Part shown: piece by piece, positions 14,674 to 27,480 of the stretch
Layout: the number at the start of each line of letters is the position of its first letter
Position numbering within the stretch: position 1 is the first letter of the stretch
NCBI GenBank assembly: GCA_964016885.1
Contig: OZ024740.1
Span: 140,988,001-141,052,000 of the forward strand
Source: Eledone cirrhosa
Lineage: Eukaryota
DNA: 64,000 nucleotides
Reading direction: 5' to 3'
Position numbers and translations under genes: made by a program
Notes under the pieces: generated by a model
Told to the model about the DNA's origin: nothing
The model's database searches: none
The model's input: only the letters and a program-made list of their open reading frames with translations

Positions 14674-14796
14674 CAGCAGCGGCGTTTTTTACTGCACTGT
14701 AATGTTTATGGCTTTATTACCCTTGCGGCATGTAGACACATAGTCTCTTGCACACACAGCTGAGCGAAGTTACAGAGAGAGAGAGAGGAAGGTTTA

Positions 14797-14862
14797 AACC
14801 TAACCGCGACGTCAGGCGGTCGCGGCTTCTGTTCTGAAACCGCTTGGCGTCGCGGTCGGGTT
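14797..14862. promoter_or_regulatory. CpG-rich dyad/hairpin, candidate FBXL16 promoter element or small structured RNA
   Basis: Isolated CpG-dense patch in AT-rich DNA. accgcgacgtcaggcggt (14803-14820) pairs with accgcttggcgtcgcggt (14839-14856). It contains a CRE-like gacgtca. Confidence 0.4.
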
Positions 14863-15026
14863 AATATATTCCCATGCATTGAGTACCCCCCTGATTTGTT
14901 GTCTCTCCGATATCTCTACCGCAGACCCCCCCCCCTCTCTCAATATATATATACACACATATACATACGTTCACACATATGCATACAAACATATATATTA
15001 ACTGTGAAGTCATATTCCTGTTACTT

Positions 15027-15061
<35 letters not shown>

Positions 15062-16315
15062 TTGAGTATTTGTAGTATCAATTAGGCGTTCTCATCGTTG
15101 TGTCCACCCCCACCCCCATATTTTGCCCTTATGGAAAATAAAGAAGTCATTATTCTTGTTGCTGCCGTTGTTGTTTATTCTCAAATCAACCCTGATGGAA
15201 TAACAGGCGCATGCTTGACTGTATTCGTAACCGCTACCATACCGACTATGAGTTTGTATATGTGTGGGTGTATTAGGGACAACCTTGTCTAGTGCATCCT
15301 TCTTTATTTTAGACAGTAAAGGCGTGATTTGAGGGAGATATGACTGCTATTTCTTGCAAACCAAAGAAATCGCCTCCCCCCACTACCAAAGCTCTCTTTT
15401 GTTCCTCTCGCTTGCCTGGCTACGGCTCTTATTATTGATGTTACTGTTGTCATCGTTGTCATGTCGGTTAAAGAAAAGTATTGTTCCATCAAATGTTACT
15501 CAGCCGCAAAAAAAAAAAAAAAATCAGTCACACCACCACCGTCATCACAACATTCACAGCTACCACTGCCACCACCACCATCTTCACAGCCAACATCGCC
15601 ATCACCATCACAACTATCATCACCGCCGCCAACATCAAGAACACTATAAGTCATCACCACAATCGCCGCAATCACCTCCATCACCATCACGTCATTAGGA
15701 ATTTATTTCATTTTATTTATTTATTACATAGATTTTTTGTGTACTTTTCCTCTTTTGCATTTATAACTTCTTTTTCTACTCCTTTGGGAGTATATGAGTG
15801 GGTAGGAGATGAGTACTTTTTTTTTCCTTTTTATATTTTTAGTACCAGTAACGCACTGAGGTCGAATTAATCGACTTGGCCTTGGAAATAAATGAGAATT
15901 CTTTATTTTTGTTGTATAAGTTGCCTTATTTTGTTTATTGCCTTCTTTTTTCTTTCCTCTCCTTTACGTTCCATTTGTTAAATGGAAGCTTGGGGAGTTT
16001 TCATCAGTAATGCCGATGGTTACGTCCATGGGCCGTTAAAAAAACACACAGTACACTCGCGTACTCACAAACACAATTGTGTGTACAGGCACAAACACAC
16101 GCTCATCTATCTATCTATACCTTGTAGTAGTAGTAGTAGTAGTAGCAGTAGCAGTAGTAGTAGTAGTAGTAATTGCAGCAGCAGCGGTGGCGGCAAGATA
16201 CGAAGTTAGCGGGTTATGCATGGGTAATTCTTTTTGATGTGCATTTATGTGCCTAAGGGGTGGTTGAATACACACGCACACATATTCTTGAGCATGTAGG
16301 CATGATTAGATTGCA

Positions 16316-16409
<94 letters not shown>

Positions 16410-16469
16410 CGCGGTAGCCCTACAATGTGCGTCCCATTCTCCCAAATAAAATCATTTGAATTTACGATT

Positions 16470-16760
16470 TGGTAAGCTGGCAAAGCTAGTATTTTTGCTC
16501 TGACAACACTAAAGAAATTACTAAGCCTGCATTTTCCACTATACAGTCCACACTCGCCCACGCCAAATCATGTGACAAGTCATAATACCACATGACACTC
16601 TTCACTGCTTTAGATATTTCCAAAATGCTGCTACATGGCAAAGATGTTTAGTGATTTATTATCAATCGGAGGAAATTATTTTATATTTAATTATAGGAAA
16701 TTGCATAAAACTGTGATCCTTTAAGGTTCAGTAATCAGTAATGTGGTTCCTTGAAGGACA
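16470..16760. mobile_element. Dispersed non-autonomous repeat (probable DNA-transposon MITE family)
   Basis: aagaaattactaagcctgcattttc...cagtccacactc...gatatttcc recurs at about 52410-52850, 55630-55845 plus 57475-57620, 61540-61875 and 63390-63640. Confidence 0.65.
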
Positions 16761-16897
16761 TATATATATACATAGATGGCCTTAAAAGTAGCACCGGCCA
16801 ATATATATATAGTAATAATAATAAATTTGAAGACTAAAATCCAAAGAGGGCTCGATAAGGATAAATATATATCAAATATATAAGAACCGTAGAGCAA

Positions 16898-17052
16898 ATA
16901 TTTATTAAAATAACAGATTAAAGTTTAAGCAAAGAATCGCTGCTTTCGCCCTTAACGGGATCTTGTGAAACTAACTTAGTTTCAGAAGATCCCGTTAAGG
17001 GTGAAAGCAGCGATTCTTTGCTTAAACTTTAATCTGTTATTTTAATAAATAT
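16898..17052. repeat. Near-perfect ~155-bp palindrome with degenerate hammerhead-like arms (Penelope-type inverted terminus)
   Basis: Arms of about 75 bp are reverse complements. The plus arm contains CAGAAGA-t-ccc-gttaa-ggg-t-GAAA. A partial third copy lies at 17882-17925. Confidence 0.75.
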
Positions 17053-17165
17053 AGATATATATATATATGACCTTTTCTGTTTTCAACGGAAATTTCAATA
17101 CTTATATATATATAACAAGAAGTGTAAGTCAACAGGTTAAAATTAAGTTCGTTTATTCATATTCG

Positions 17166-17222
17166 CTGCAATATATATTTCGGTGATAACCATTATTCAA
17201 CAGTTATGACCTCATCAGGCAG
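17166..17222 (-). ncRNA. Type I hammerhead ribozyme motif
   Basis: Minus strand: ctgc CTGATGA ggtcataac-loop-gttatcacc GAAA tatata TT gcag. Stem I is ctgc/gcag and stem III is palindromic. Confidence 0.75.
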
Positions 17223-17477
17223 ATAAAATTTGAACAGAAAAAAGAGGGAAACATAATGGTGGAATAGAGTTTACCTTGTAAATTCATGTATATGCCAAGA
17301 TCCGAAATGTGATGTTGTTTATTCAAAAAACTTGTGGCATATGACCGAGAATGAACGAATTCGAGCATCCGAAGGGTACACCTTCCTCTCATTGGTCAGA
17401 TACTATCTTAACACTCCAATAGCAAGCCTATTGAATTTCTTAGGTCAGTTGTCCTTGAACAACCAACACATACTCAA

Positions 17478-17554
<77 letters not shown>

Positions 17555-17828
17555 CAAAGGTATATATTGAGTTAGAAACCAAAAATAGTCTCTTACAATA
17601 AAATACCTCTAGGAAAGATATAAATATGTATATATGTATATATCTGTATATAAGACATATATATATGTATATATCCGTGTTCGTCTTTTTTGTTTGTATG
17701 TATGTATGTATGTATGTATGTATGTATGTATGTATGTATGTATGTATGTATGTATGTATGTATGTATGTATGTATGTATGTATGTATGTATGTATGTATG
17801 TATGTATGTATGTATGTATGTATGTATG

Positions 17829-17889
<61 letters not shown>

Positions 17890-17940
17890 TAAAATAACAG
17901 ATTAAAGTTTAAGCAAAGAATCGCTTAAATTTATTATTAT

Positions 17941-17988
<48 letters not shown>

Positions 17989-18010
17989 TTGAGTATGTGT
18001 TGGTTGTTCA

Positions 18011-18127
<117 letters not shown>

Positions 18128-18208
18128 GGTAAACAGAAATAACAACACAATCGGTACAGTATATGGAAGGGATATATTAGGTTAACGCTTGAAATAGCAG
18201 GAAGAGGG

Positions 18209-18244
18209 TCTTAACGTTTCGGACGCTAGTCCTTCATCAGAAGA
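18209..18244 (-). ncRNA. Minimal type I hammerhead ribozyme (Penelope-type)
   Basis: Minus strand: tctt CTGATGA a ggac-tagc-gtcc GAAA cg TT aaga. The core is intact, stems I and II are perfect, and stem III is the palindrome AACGTT. Confidence 0.82.
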
Positions 18245-18558
18245 AAGAATGAGAAATAAGATAGATTGAGGGGACTGGCGGGCTGGAATTGGAAAAAATG
18301 TCTTTAGATAAAAATAACAGGTCCATTCATGTTGACATCTCTTGCAATATATATATAGGTATTACAGGTGCAAATTAATTGCATCCTTAGGCGGTATGCC
18401 GAATGAGCACTTGATGCTCTTGGAGAGCAGAGTATCAATGATATTAATATATAAGGGAACAGAGAATCAGTGTTACATTATATACATATTTAATTACATA
18501 TTACATATGTTTCACTGTCGATCAGCTCGAGGAACGACGCAAGTCTACATGTTAACAC

Positions 18559-18650
18559 ATATATCTGAGGAGCTTCCGATTCCAGAGTCAGGTTCGGTCA
18601 TTAAAAGATCGTTTCTCGAGCTGATCGACAGTGAAACATATGTAATATGT
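18559..18650 (+). ncRNA. Hammerhead ribozyme motif with extended stem II
   Basis: atatat CTGAGGA gct...~60 nt...agt GAAA catatg TA atatgt. It lies in an element with inverted arms at 18440-18537 and 18609-18705. Confidence 0.62.
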
Positions 18651-18707
18651 AATTACATATGTATATGATACAACACTGATTCTTTGTCCCCTTATATATT
18701 AATACCA

Positions 18708-19572
18708 GGCGGTGGATTGGCAGTATCGGTAGAGAGTCGGACGCCATGCTTTCCAGCATAGTTACGTCCCTTTACGATCTGAGTTCAAATCCCGCCGAGG
18801 TTGACTTTGCCTTTCATCCTTACGGGGTCGATAAAATAAAGTACCAGTAATGCACTGGATAATTGCTGGCCTTGTGCCTAAAGTAGAAACAATTATATAT
18901 ATATATAAAAGTACCAGTAATGTACTGGGTAATTGCTGACCTTGTGTCTAAAGTAGAAACAATTATATATATATATATGATACAACACTGATTCTTTGTC
19001 CCCTTATATATTAATACCAGGCGGTGGATTGGCAGTGTCGGTAGAGGGTCGGACGCCATGCTTTCCAGCATAGTTACGTCCCTTTACGATCTGAGTTCAA
19101 ATCCCGCCGAGGTTGACTTTGCCTTTCATCTTTACGGGGTCGATAAAATAAAGTACCAGTAATGCACTGGGTAATTGCTGGCCTTGTGCCTAAAGTAGAA
19201 ACAATTATATATATATATAAAAGTACCAGTAATGTACTGGGTAATTGCTGGCCTTGTGCCTAAAGTAGAAACAATTATATATATATATAAAAGTACCAGT
19301 AATGTACTGGGTATTTGCTGACCTTGTGTCTAAAGTAGAAACAATTATATATATATATAAAAGTACCAGTAATGTACTGGGTATTTGCTGACCTTGTGTC
19401 TAAAGTAGAAACAATTATATATATATATATAAAAGTACCAGTAATGTACTGGGTATTTGCTGAGCTTGTGTCTAAAGTAGAAACAATTATATATATATAT
19501 AAAAGTACCAGTAATGTACTGGGTATTTGCTGACCTTGTGTCTAAAGTAGAAACAATTATATATATATATAA
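18708..19572 (+). mobile_element. Tandemly duplicated Meta-domain-like tRNA SINE plus array of 70-bp tail units
   Basis: Two near-identical SINEs start at 18708 and 19020, with B box gagttcaaatccc and gcctttcatccttacggggtcgataaaataaagtaccagt. Tail units aagtaccagt...aaacaatta(ta)n start at 19221, 19291, 19361, 19433 and 19503. Confidence 0.85.
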
Positions 19573-19628
19573 AAGGAAAAGAAATTGCAAATGCAGCTGG
19601 AGTCTTTTTAAGAATATTTATTTATTTC

Positions 19629-19664
19629 CTTTACCGGTTTCACAGTTCTTATGCTTTTCAAAAG
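19629..19664 (-). ncRNA. Minimal hammerhead with U3:A8 core variant
   Basis: Minus strand: ctt TTGAAAA gca-taagaac-tgt GAAA ccgg TA aag. It lies inside an inverted repeat spanning 19589-19744. Confidence 0.6.
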
Positions 19665-19785
19665 TGAAATTGAGATGAGCATAATAACTGTGAAACCGAT
19701 AAAGGAAATAAATAAATATCCTTAAAAAGACTCCAGGTGCATTTTCGATTTATTTTCCTTATACTTTCACCCGTTTTTCTTATTT

Positions 19786-19840
<55 letters not shown>

Positions 19841-19848
<8 letters not shown>

Positions 19849-20001
19849 GTTAAAACAGTGACATATACAGGCACTTAAGTTTCGTTGGGCTATACACCCC
19901 AACTCATTCAGCTTAACCCATTCTTTATATAACAGGCTGAATGAGCTGGGATGTATAACCCAACGAAGTACCTGTATATGTCATTGTTGTAACTAATTAT
20001 A
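19841..20001. repeat. Inverted repeat carrying two opposed hammerhead-like motifs with CTGAATGA core
   Basis: Plus arm: acagg CTGAATGA gctggg..cccaac GAA gta cctgt. Minus arm: CTGAATGA gttggg..cccaac GAAA cttaag tg cctgt. Confidence 0.65.
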
Positions 20002-20107
20002 CTTACCTCATCCTATGGACTGAGTGCTCTTACCCTTGGATATTCCTACCAAACTTATACTACAATGTGTGTGTGCGCGTGTGTGTGCGTGTGTGTGTGT
20101 GTGTTAA

Positions 20108-20385
20108 GGTGAATGGCTTAGTGGTTAGAGCGTCGGATTTATAATCATGAGTTCGATTCCGGACCGGGCTGTGCGTTGTGTTTTTGAGCAAAACACCTTT
20201 ATTTCTCGTTGCTCTAGTTTATTCAGGTGTAGAAATGAATTGCGACGTCGCTGGTGCTAAGCTGTATCGATCTTTGCCTTTACCTTGGACAACACTGGTG
20301 GTGTATAAAGGGGAGACTGATATGCATAAGTGACTGCTGATCTTTCACGAACAACCTTGCCCAGACTTAACCTTTACCCAGATAG
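20108..20385 (+). mobile_element. tRNA-derived CORE-like SINE
   Basis: A box tggcttagtggttagagcg, B box gagttcgattcc, then gtgtttttgagcaaaacacc core. Confidence 0.75.
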
Positions 20386-20394
20386 AAATATATC

Positions 20395-20425
<31 letters not shown>

Positions 20426-20922
20426 GGACCATTACCAAACCAATTAGACCATTACTCACCGGAGTACTCGATACTTGGAGTAGTAGTAATAGTAAAGTGG
20501 GTAATACGGAAAATTCGGGACCACGACGGCTGAGCTCCTGCCGTTTCAACAGCTAGATCCCGAATTTTTCATATATATATATAGTCGTAGTCCACCTGGT
20601 TGTAGTGGGGCTGATAACGGCCGATTGAACCGGGTTTTCGCGACTAGAAATAGGTAGTAACTTAACCCCTACCATGCTAGTCGATAAATCGATCTCCCTC
20701 GATCAATCGACCCTCTGAAACGATCATAAAACAATGAACTAACTCTCTACCTACACCTCACTTCTGTTTTTACTGTTCAAACAAACAAACACACACACAG
20801 ACACAGATATATATATATCAGGGGCGAAGGGTGCATGCGTTATAGAATCTTGAGTTGATCAATTGCGTCGGTTGAAGCAAGCAGAATTTTGGCTGCTTAC
20901 TAAAACGTAGACACATAAAAAG

Positions 20923-20959
<37 letters not shown>

Positions 20960-21097
20960 GATAACAACACTACATGCGGCTTTGACCGGGAGGGTCATTT
21001 AGAGGGAATTTTTGGGGGGGGGGGTAAGGCTGCACAGCCCCACTTTCCGCCATGGCGATTGGACTGCATGCCCTGCTTTCCAGGTTACCCTTCGCCA

Positions 21098-22546
<1,449 letters not shown>

Positions 22547-22745
22547 ATATACACTTGTATCTAAGTCATAAATAGATAACTCGCACTCCCTTGGTAATAT
22601 TTTTATTGCAGGCTTTGACCCGTACATAAGAGCAAGGTGTAGCAGATAGGTCGCAGCGGTTTTTCTACCCGTTTAAATATACTGCGGCTTACCTACAATT
22701 AGGTACGGTATAAGTATGTGTGAGGATGGCGGGTAGAGGTACACA

Positions 22746-23347
22746 CAGGACCGGATTTCGACGGGGGAGGGGGCACTTTAGGTTTTGGGAGCCCCTCATG
22801 CACAAAAAATTAGAACACACACCAAAACCACAATTTTACATATCAAAGTTGGCTGGCACAAGTAACTGGAATTGAAAAGTTATACATACAGTATTAAATT
22901 TGAAAAAAATCTAACCATCTTCATTTTACGCCCACTTTCCACACTGGCATATGTTGGACAGGTTGTCGCAGACCAAATATATCGGAGTGACCTTACATAT
23001 TTAGCATGGTTTCTATGGCTGGATTTGCTTCCTAACATAACCACTTCAGAGTGTTTACTGGGTGCATTGTTTTTGCGATACCAGCACAACCACTTTACAC
23101 AGCGACATCAAATACTTTTTATTGTAATGATAATAACCTGATGTCCCTTTAGTCGAGGGACTTTGATAACTTTTGACACGGTAAGGACATCAGATACTTT
23201 TTGTTAAAAATATAGTTCTCGTTCTGAAAGGGATAAAACTAAAAAGCCCAGCAGAGGACACAATTAATTACTACGGCCATCCCTGGTGCCTCCTCCCTCT
23301 GCTGCGGGGGAGCCCCGGGGCAATTGTCCTCATTAAATCCGGCCCTG
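22746..23347. mobile_element. hAT-type MITE with nested SINE-tail fragment
   Basis: Ends caggaccggattt / aaatccggccctg, with degenerate 8-bp flanks ggtacaca / ggcacatg. A second partial copy lies at 62798-62985. Confidence 0.65.
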
Positions 23348-23831
23348 GGCACATGTGTGTACTAGTATACGACAATGTGAACATGTATGAGTAGTTATAT
23401 GCTTGGATGCACACTTATAATAGATGTGTTTTGTGTCTGTGCATGTATGTGTATGTCTTCTCGTTATGCTGGAAACACCCGAGATATGTTTACTAATGTT
23501 TAGTAGTAAAACAAACAAGAACTATTTACTCCCCCCTTTTTCTATTTTATATCCCTCTTTCTCTCTCGTCTCTCTCATTTTATCTCTTACACAAAACCCA
23601 CGTGCGACGCTCGATACCTGCAAATGGTAGCGTTACGTTTATCATGAAAAAAAAAAAATGAATCGCTATATGTATAATCCTTTGAAATTATTGGGTAGGG
23701 GGAGAAGAAAGAACACGTTCGTCACAGATTAATAATAATAAAATTAGGAAAATTAACAAAGGGATGTCAACGAACGAAAAAAATTAAGTAGGACCGAAAT
23801 TACTGTTGCAGCAAATATAAACACTATTGGT

Positions 23832-23917
23832 ATATTACAATCGTTTCAATACCGATCAGCTCAGGGTACAATCTCAATGACCGGGACCCGACTCTTCCTC
23901 GACATCTCATCAGATAT
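23832..23917 (-). ncRNA. Hammerhead ribozyme motif with extended stem II
   Basis: Minus strand: atat CTGATGA gatgtcga...tcggtatt GAAA cgattg TA atat. Shares gagctgatcg with the 18.6 and 25.3 kb motifs. Confidence 0.65.
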
Positions 23918-24129
23918 GCATGTTTATATGTGTAAAGAGACATCCAAACTGTTAACAGAGGTCCCGGGATCTGTTTATACACACTTATTAATTGGTTTAT
24001 GCAACAAGTAAACGGAAACGACAAAGCAAACAGTGGAGAAATATATTAACGTTTGATATTGTAGGAAAAGGGTGTAACCTAACTCCTAAGACCCTTCGAA
24101 GGAACCACATTTTGGCCGATCGTGTTCTT

Positions 24130-24400
24130 TCGGTTATTACTTAAGATTCATGACCCTATGTAAGGGTTGGCACCAACACCGAATTGAAGATAGCAAGATT
24201 GGCTTTTACACATACTTTCCTTCTTCTGATGATCAAAGGCTGAAGCTGGTGCATTGCTGCACAATCTCCTGTAATTTTTGCACTTAATTCAGTCCCTCTC
24301 TGCCTTCTATTATTTGTGAAAACGGATCCAACATTTTTGAACTTCTCCACCATTCTTCAGTGGAACCCCACTCACACGTAGAGCGCACTGCATAGGCTTT
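24130..24400 (-). mobile_element. LINE (RTE-like) reverse-transcriptase C-terminal remnant
   Basis: VEKFKNVGSVF...KANLAIFNSVLVPTLT followed by a YG-like segment resembles the post-RT region of RTE-clade ORFs. Confidence 0.65.
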
Positions 24401-25064
24401 CTCGCCGTATTCCCTTTGTCGCAAATAATGGAAAAGTTAATAAAACTTTAAATTTTTGCCCCTGAAAAAGACTCACTATTTTCTAATAAAGACTTTTTCT
24501 GACGTGGAAAGACCCGAATTCGACTTTTAAATACTTTCAGTTTCAGGGATCTTCCAAACGAAACATGCCCCGAAACATTAATTGAAATGATGGTTTCTGA
24601 ATTAGGCACATGGCCAACAATTTCAGGGAAGGGCAAAGCCGATTTAATCTACCCTAGTGTGTTGCTGGTACTTTATTTTTCGACTTCGTAAGGATGAAAG
24701 ACAAAGCTAATCTCGGTGGAATTGTAATAATAAAATATGTACACTTATATACAAACAAATCCTGTTATTGAATGGAAAATGCACGAACTTTTAAACGTTC
24801 TCGGGACAGAGGAGATGTTTTGAACGCGTAATAGTTTTCTCAATATATTTATTTAGTACGGAAAGAAAAAAAAAACAGACTACGCAATTAATATTAAATG
24901 TCGTATTCGTTATTAAATACTGCATTAAATAAATAAGCGCAGGTATGGCTAAACTGTTAAAGAGTTTGCTTCGTAACTACGTGTTTTCAGGTTCAGTCAC
25001 ACTGTCTGGCACCTTGTGCAAAATCTTCTAATATAGCCTCGAGTTCAACGGAAACTGTACAGAA

Positions 25065-25107
<43 letters not shown>

Positions 25108-25225
25108 TAAGGGTGCAATTGGATTGCGTTCACAGGTGGTATGCCAAGATAAGCACTCGATGTTATTAGGGAGCAGAGTATCAATAATAATAATTAGGGA
25201 ACAAAGAATCAGTGTTGCATCATAT

Positions 25226-25316
25226 ACATATTACGTATGTTTCACTGCCGATCAGCTCGAGGAACGATCGATTATGTTCGTTCTTGACTCTGGAATCGAA
25301 AGCTCCTCAGTTATGT
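25226..25316 (-). ncRNA. Hammerhead ribozyme motif with extended stem II (paralog of 18559-18650)
   Basis: Minus strand: acataa CTGAGGA gct...agt GAAA catacg TA atatgt. The flank 25115-25225 matches 18370-18480. Confidence 0.6.
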
Positions 25317-26574
25317 GCTTTCACGTGTAGACCGCCCACTCCCACACACACATATTTGTACTTTTTTTCCTTTGAAAACCACATAAGTTTTCAGTTTCAA
25401 GAAGCTCTGGAAACGGAGTATCTGTTCTAGAGTAAAATCTATCAATACTGAATTAGGATTTGAGGAACCATATCAAAGCGTTCATCGAAAAATTGTTCAG
25501 CTGACAGACCTACTTGGAATTATGGACATATATGATGATGTAGTGGAGTTTCTGTAATTAAACGGTGAAGAGATATCTAATAATAACCGCAGGTAAATGG
25601 AACAACACCATACTGAAGACAGGGGCGGACTGGGTTTTGTAACCGAGAATCTGGGTGACACTGATTAACAGACTACTGGGGACCATAGACCAGTTCCCAT
25701 TGTTCAGCTAAGGCACGTTCTATTTTCGTTACTATCATCAGTTTTCCGTGGCATTTTGTCACCTTTTTCTAAACCAATTCTCTGTTGGCTGATGAGGTAC
25801 CACGAATTTTAAGAATTAAAGATTTGTCTAAGGATTTAGTTTTTAGATAAAGCTATTGACATCTTCAACGAAAATGATCCTCAAAGGAAAAGAAGTTCCG
25901 CTAGGATACATGTGTATCTGATCAAATTTCTTAATCATGGAGGCCTGGGTTCGATCACGCTGCATGGCATCTTCAAAAAGTGTCTTTTACCTAAGTTTTG
26001 TGAGTGAAACTGTAGGAGAGCTGGTTGGATGAATTGCACCTGCAATTTAAAGGGTCATCACTGTCATGCACTGTGCCTGAGGTTTATGTTAAAATTACAC
26101 GTATAAATACGGATAAATACTGTGGAATAATCAGCTGCTTGAATTATAATTCAATAAAAAGTTCAGTTGAACAACTAGAATACTCATCATCAAATCTGAC
26201 GGAGGATCCAAAGAGGAGTGGTATAAATATATACTTCTACACATATGCACGTGTGCTAGACCTCCGTCGGTTCTGACGTTGAGTGTTCCAGAACAACCTG
26301 CTCGTGAAATTTACGTGCATGTGATTGAACATTCCACAGACACGTGTATCCTTAATGAAAATCTGAGGGAGAGTCAGCATGACACAATGTGATGAAATTG
26401 GCTCTTTGAATTACAAATACAACGTAAGTTTACCAGTTGTTCAAGGATAGAAGGCACCGCTGGAATCGAACTCACGACCTTACGGTCGTAAGCCGAACAC
26501 TCTAACCCAGATGTCACGCGCCTTCACACATATACATACACACACATGTATATATACATACACACACATGTATG

Positions 26575-26620
<46 letters not shown>

Positions 26621-26637
26621 TGTATGTATGTATGTAT

Positions 26638-27260
26638 GTCAGGTCACCAGTTGGTGCTACTGGTAACATGTATCCCAGTACAACCTGTCTCATGGTCGGG
26701 TCGTTGGCGACTAAACTGGCAACCCCGCCAAGGTTTCTTGGTGAGGAGGGTGACTTTGGACATCCTGCAGGACTAAAAACAAAACCTGTCAAAGGGCAAG
26801 GGAGCTCTTAAGAGTCAATGGCCATCCAAAATCACCGGGAGAGATGACCCCTTAACCTTTGTCAAGGCAGAATTCTAGGAGAAGGAAAACTCTGATATAA
26901 CGCCTGCAACCCTGATGGTATCCAATGATGTTGACTTGTTCTTCTTTTTGGTAAATATCATCTTGGTTAAGAGAGTGGGACTGGCTTTGTGCAGTGCCTT
27001 TGCTCATTATAAAAGCTTCACGGCACAGGCATTGCTTTATATCTGGAGATCTCTCTGCACTTGTCGTCACATGATACCATGGGCCCAGCACTATGTGTCA
27101 GTAATTGTCACAAGTGTAGTGTTTGTACCAGAGTTTTCAAGTCACTGGCTGGACCAAAAAGTCACACTCGTTCAGCTCATCGGTAGGGGTTCTCCTACAT
27201 GGATATAAAGTAGTGGCCGTACTCGAAAACGAGTTGGCAGCCACCATGTATGTATGTATA
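26638..27260 (+). mobile_element. Short non-autonomous (bipartite) RTE derivative in (TATG)n
   Basis: A structured GC-rich 5' leader is joined within ~610 bp to a C-terminal C2H2-type finger (CSVCTRVFKSLAGPKSHTRSAHR*), a short 3' UTR and a (TATG)n tail. No RT or endonuclease sequence is present. Confidence 0.65.
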
Positions 27261-27480
27261 TATATATAGTTAGGGAAGCAGAAAATTGCTTTTTGTGATC
27301 CAGTTCGTGGTTAAGAAAGCCAGTTTCATGGATGGTTTCAACGTACGGTTAGGGGTAACTCCACAAATTTGTAAGAATTCAGTTCAATCTTGGAGTATAA
27401 AGTATAAAAGAGAAAACAGGTAAGCATTAAGAGAAGGATTTTATCCAGGTATTTACGTTTATATATATATATATATATAT

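Noticed and set aside
15354-15870. His/Pro/Thr-rich ORFs (also at 50308-51529)
   Set aside because: Degenerate trinucleotide tracts that are open in several frames, with no coding signal.
19221-19572. Regularly spaced repeats superficially like a CRISPR array
   Set aside because: The spacers are only (TA)n, the units are SINE tails, the context is eukaryotic and there are no cas genes.
20108-20165. tRNA-like sequences (also near 5280-5325, 26460-26510 and 28285-28345)
   Set aside because: They have A/B boxes but no full cloverleaf, and most continue into SINE bodies. These are SINE heads, not tRNA genes.
20515-20690. GAAACGGC...GCCGTC stem (also at 59779-59801) suggesting a hammerhead half
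   Set aside because: No correctly placed CUGANGA box in either copy.
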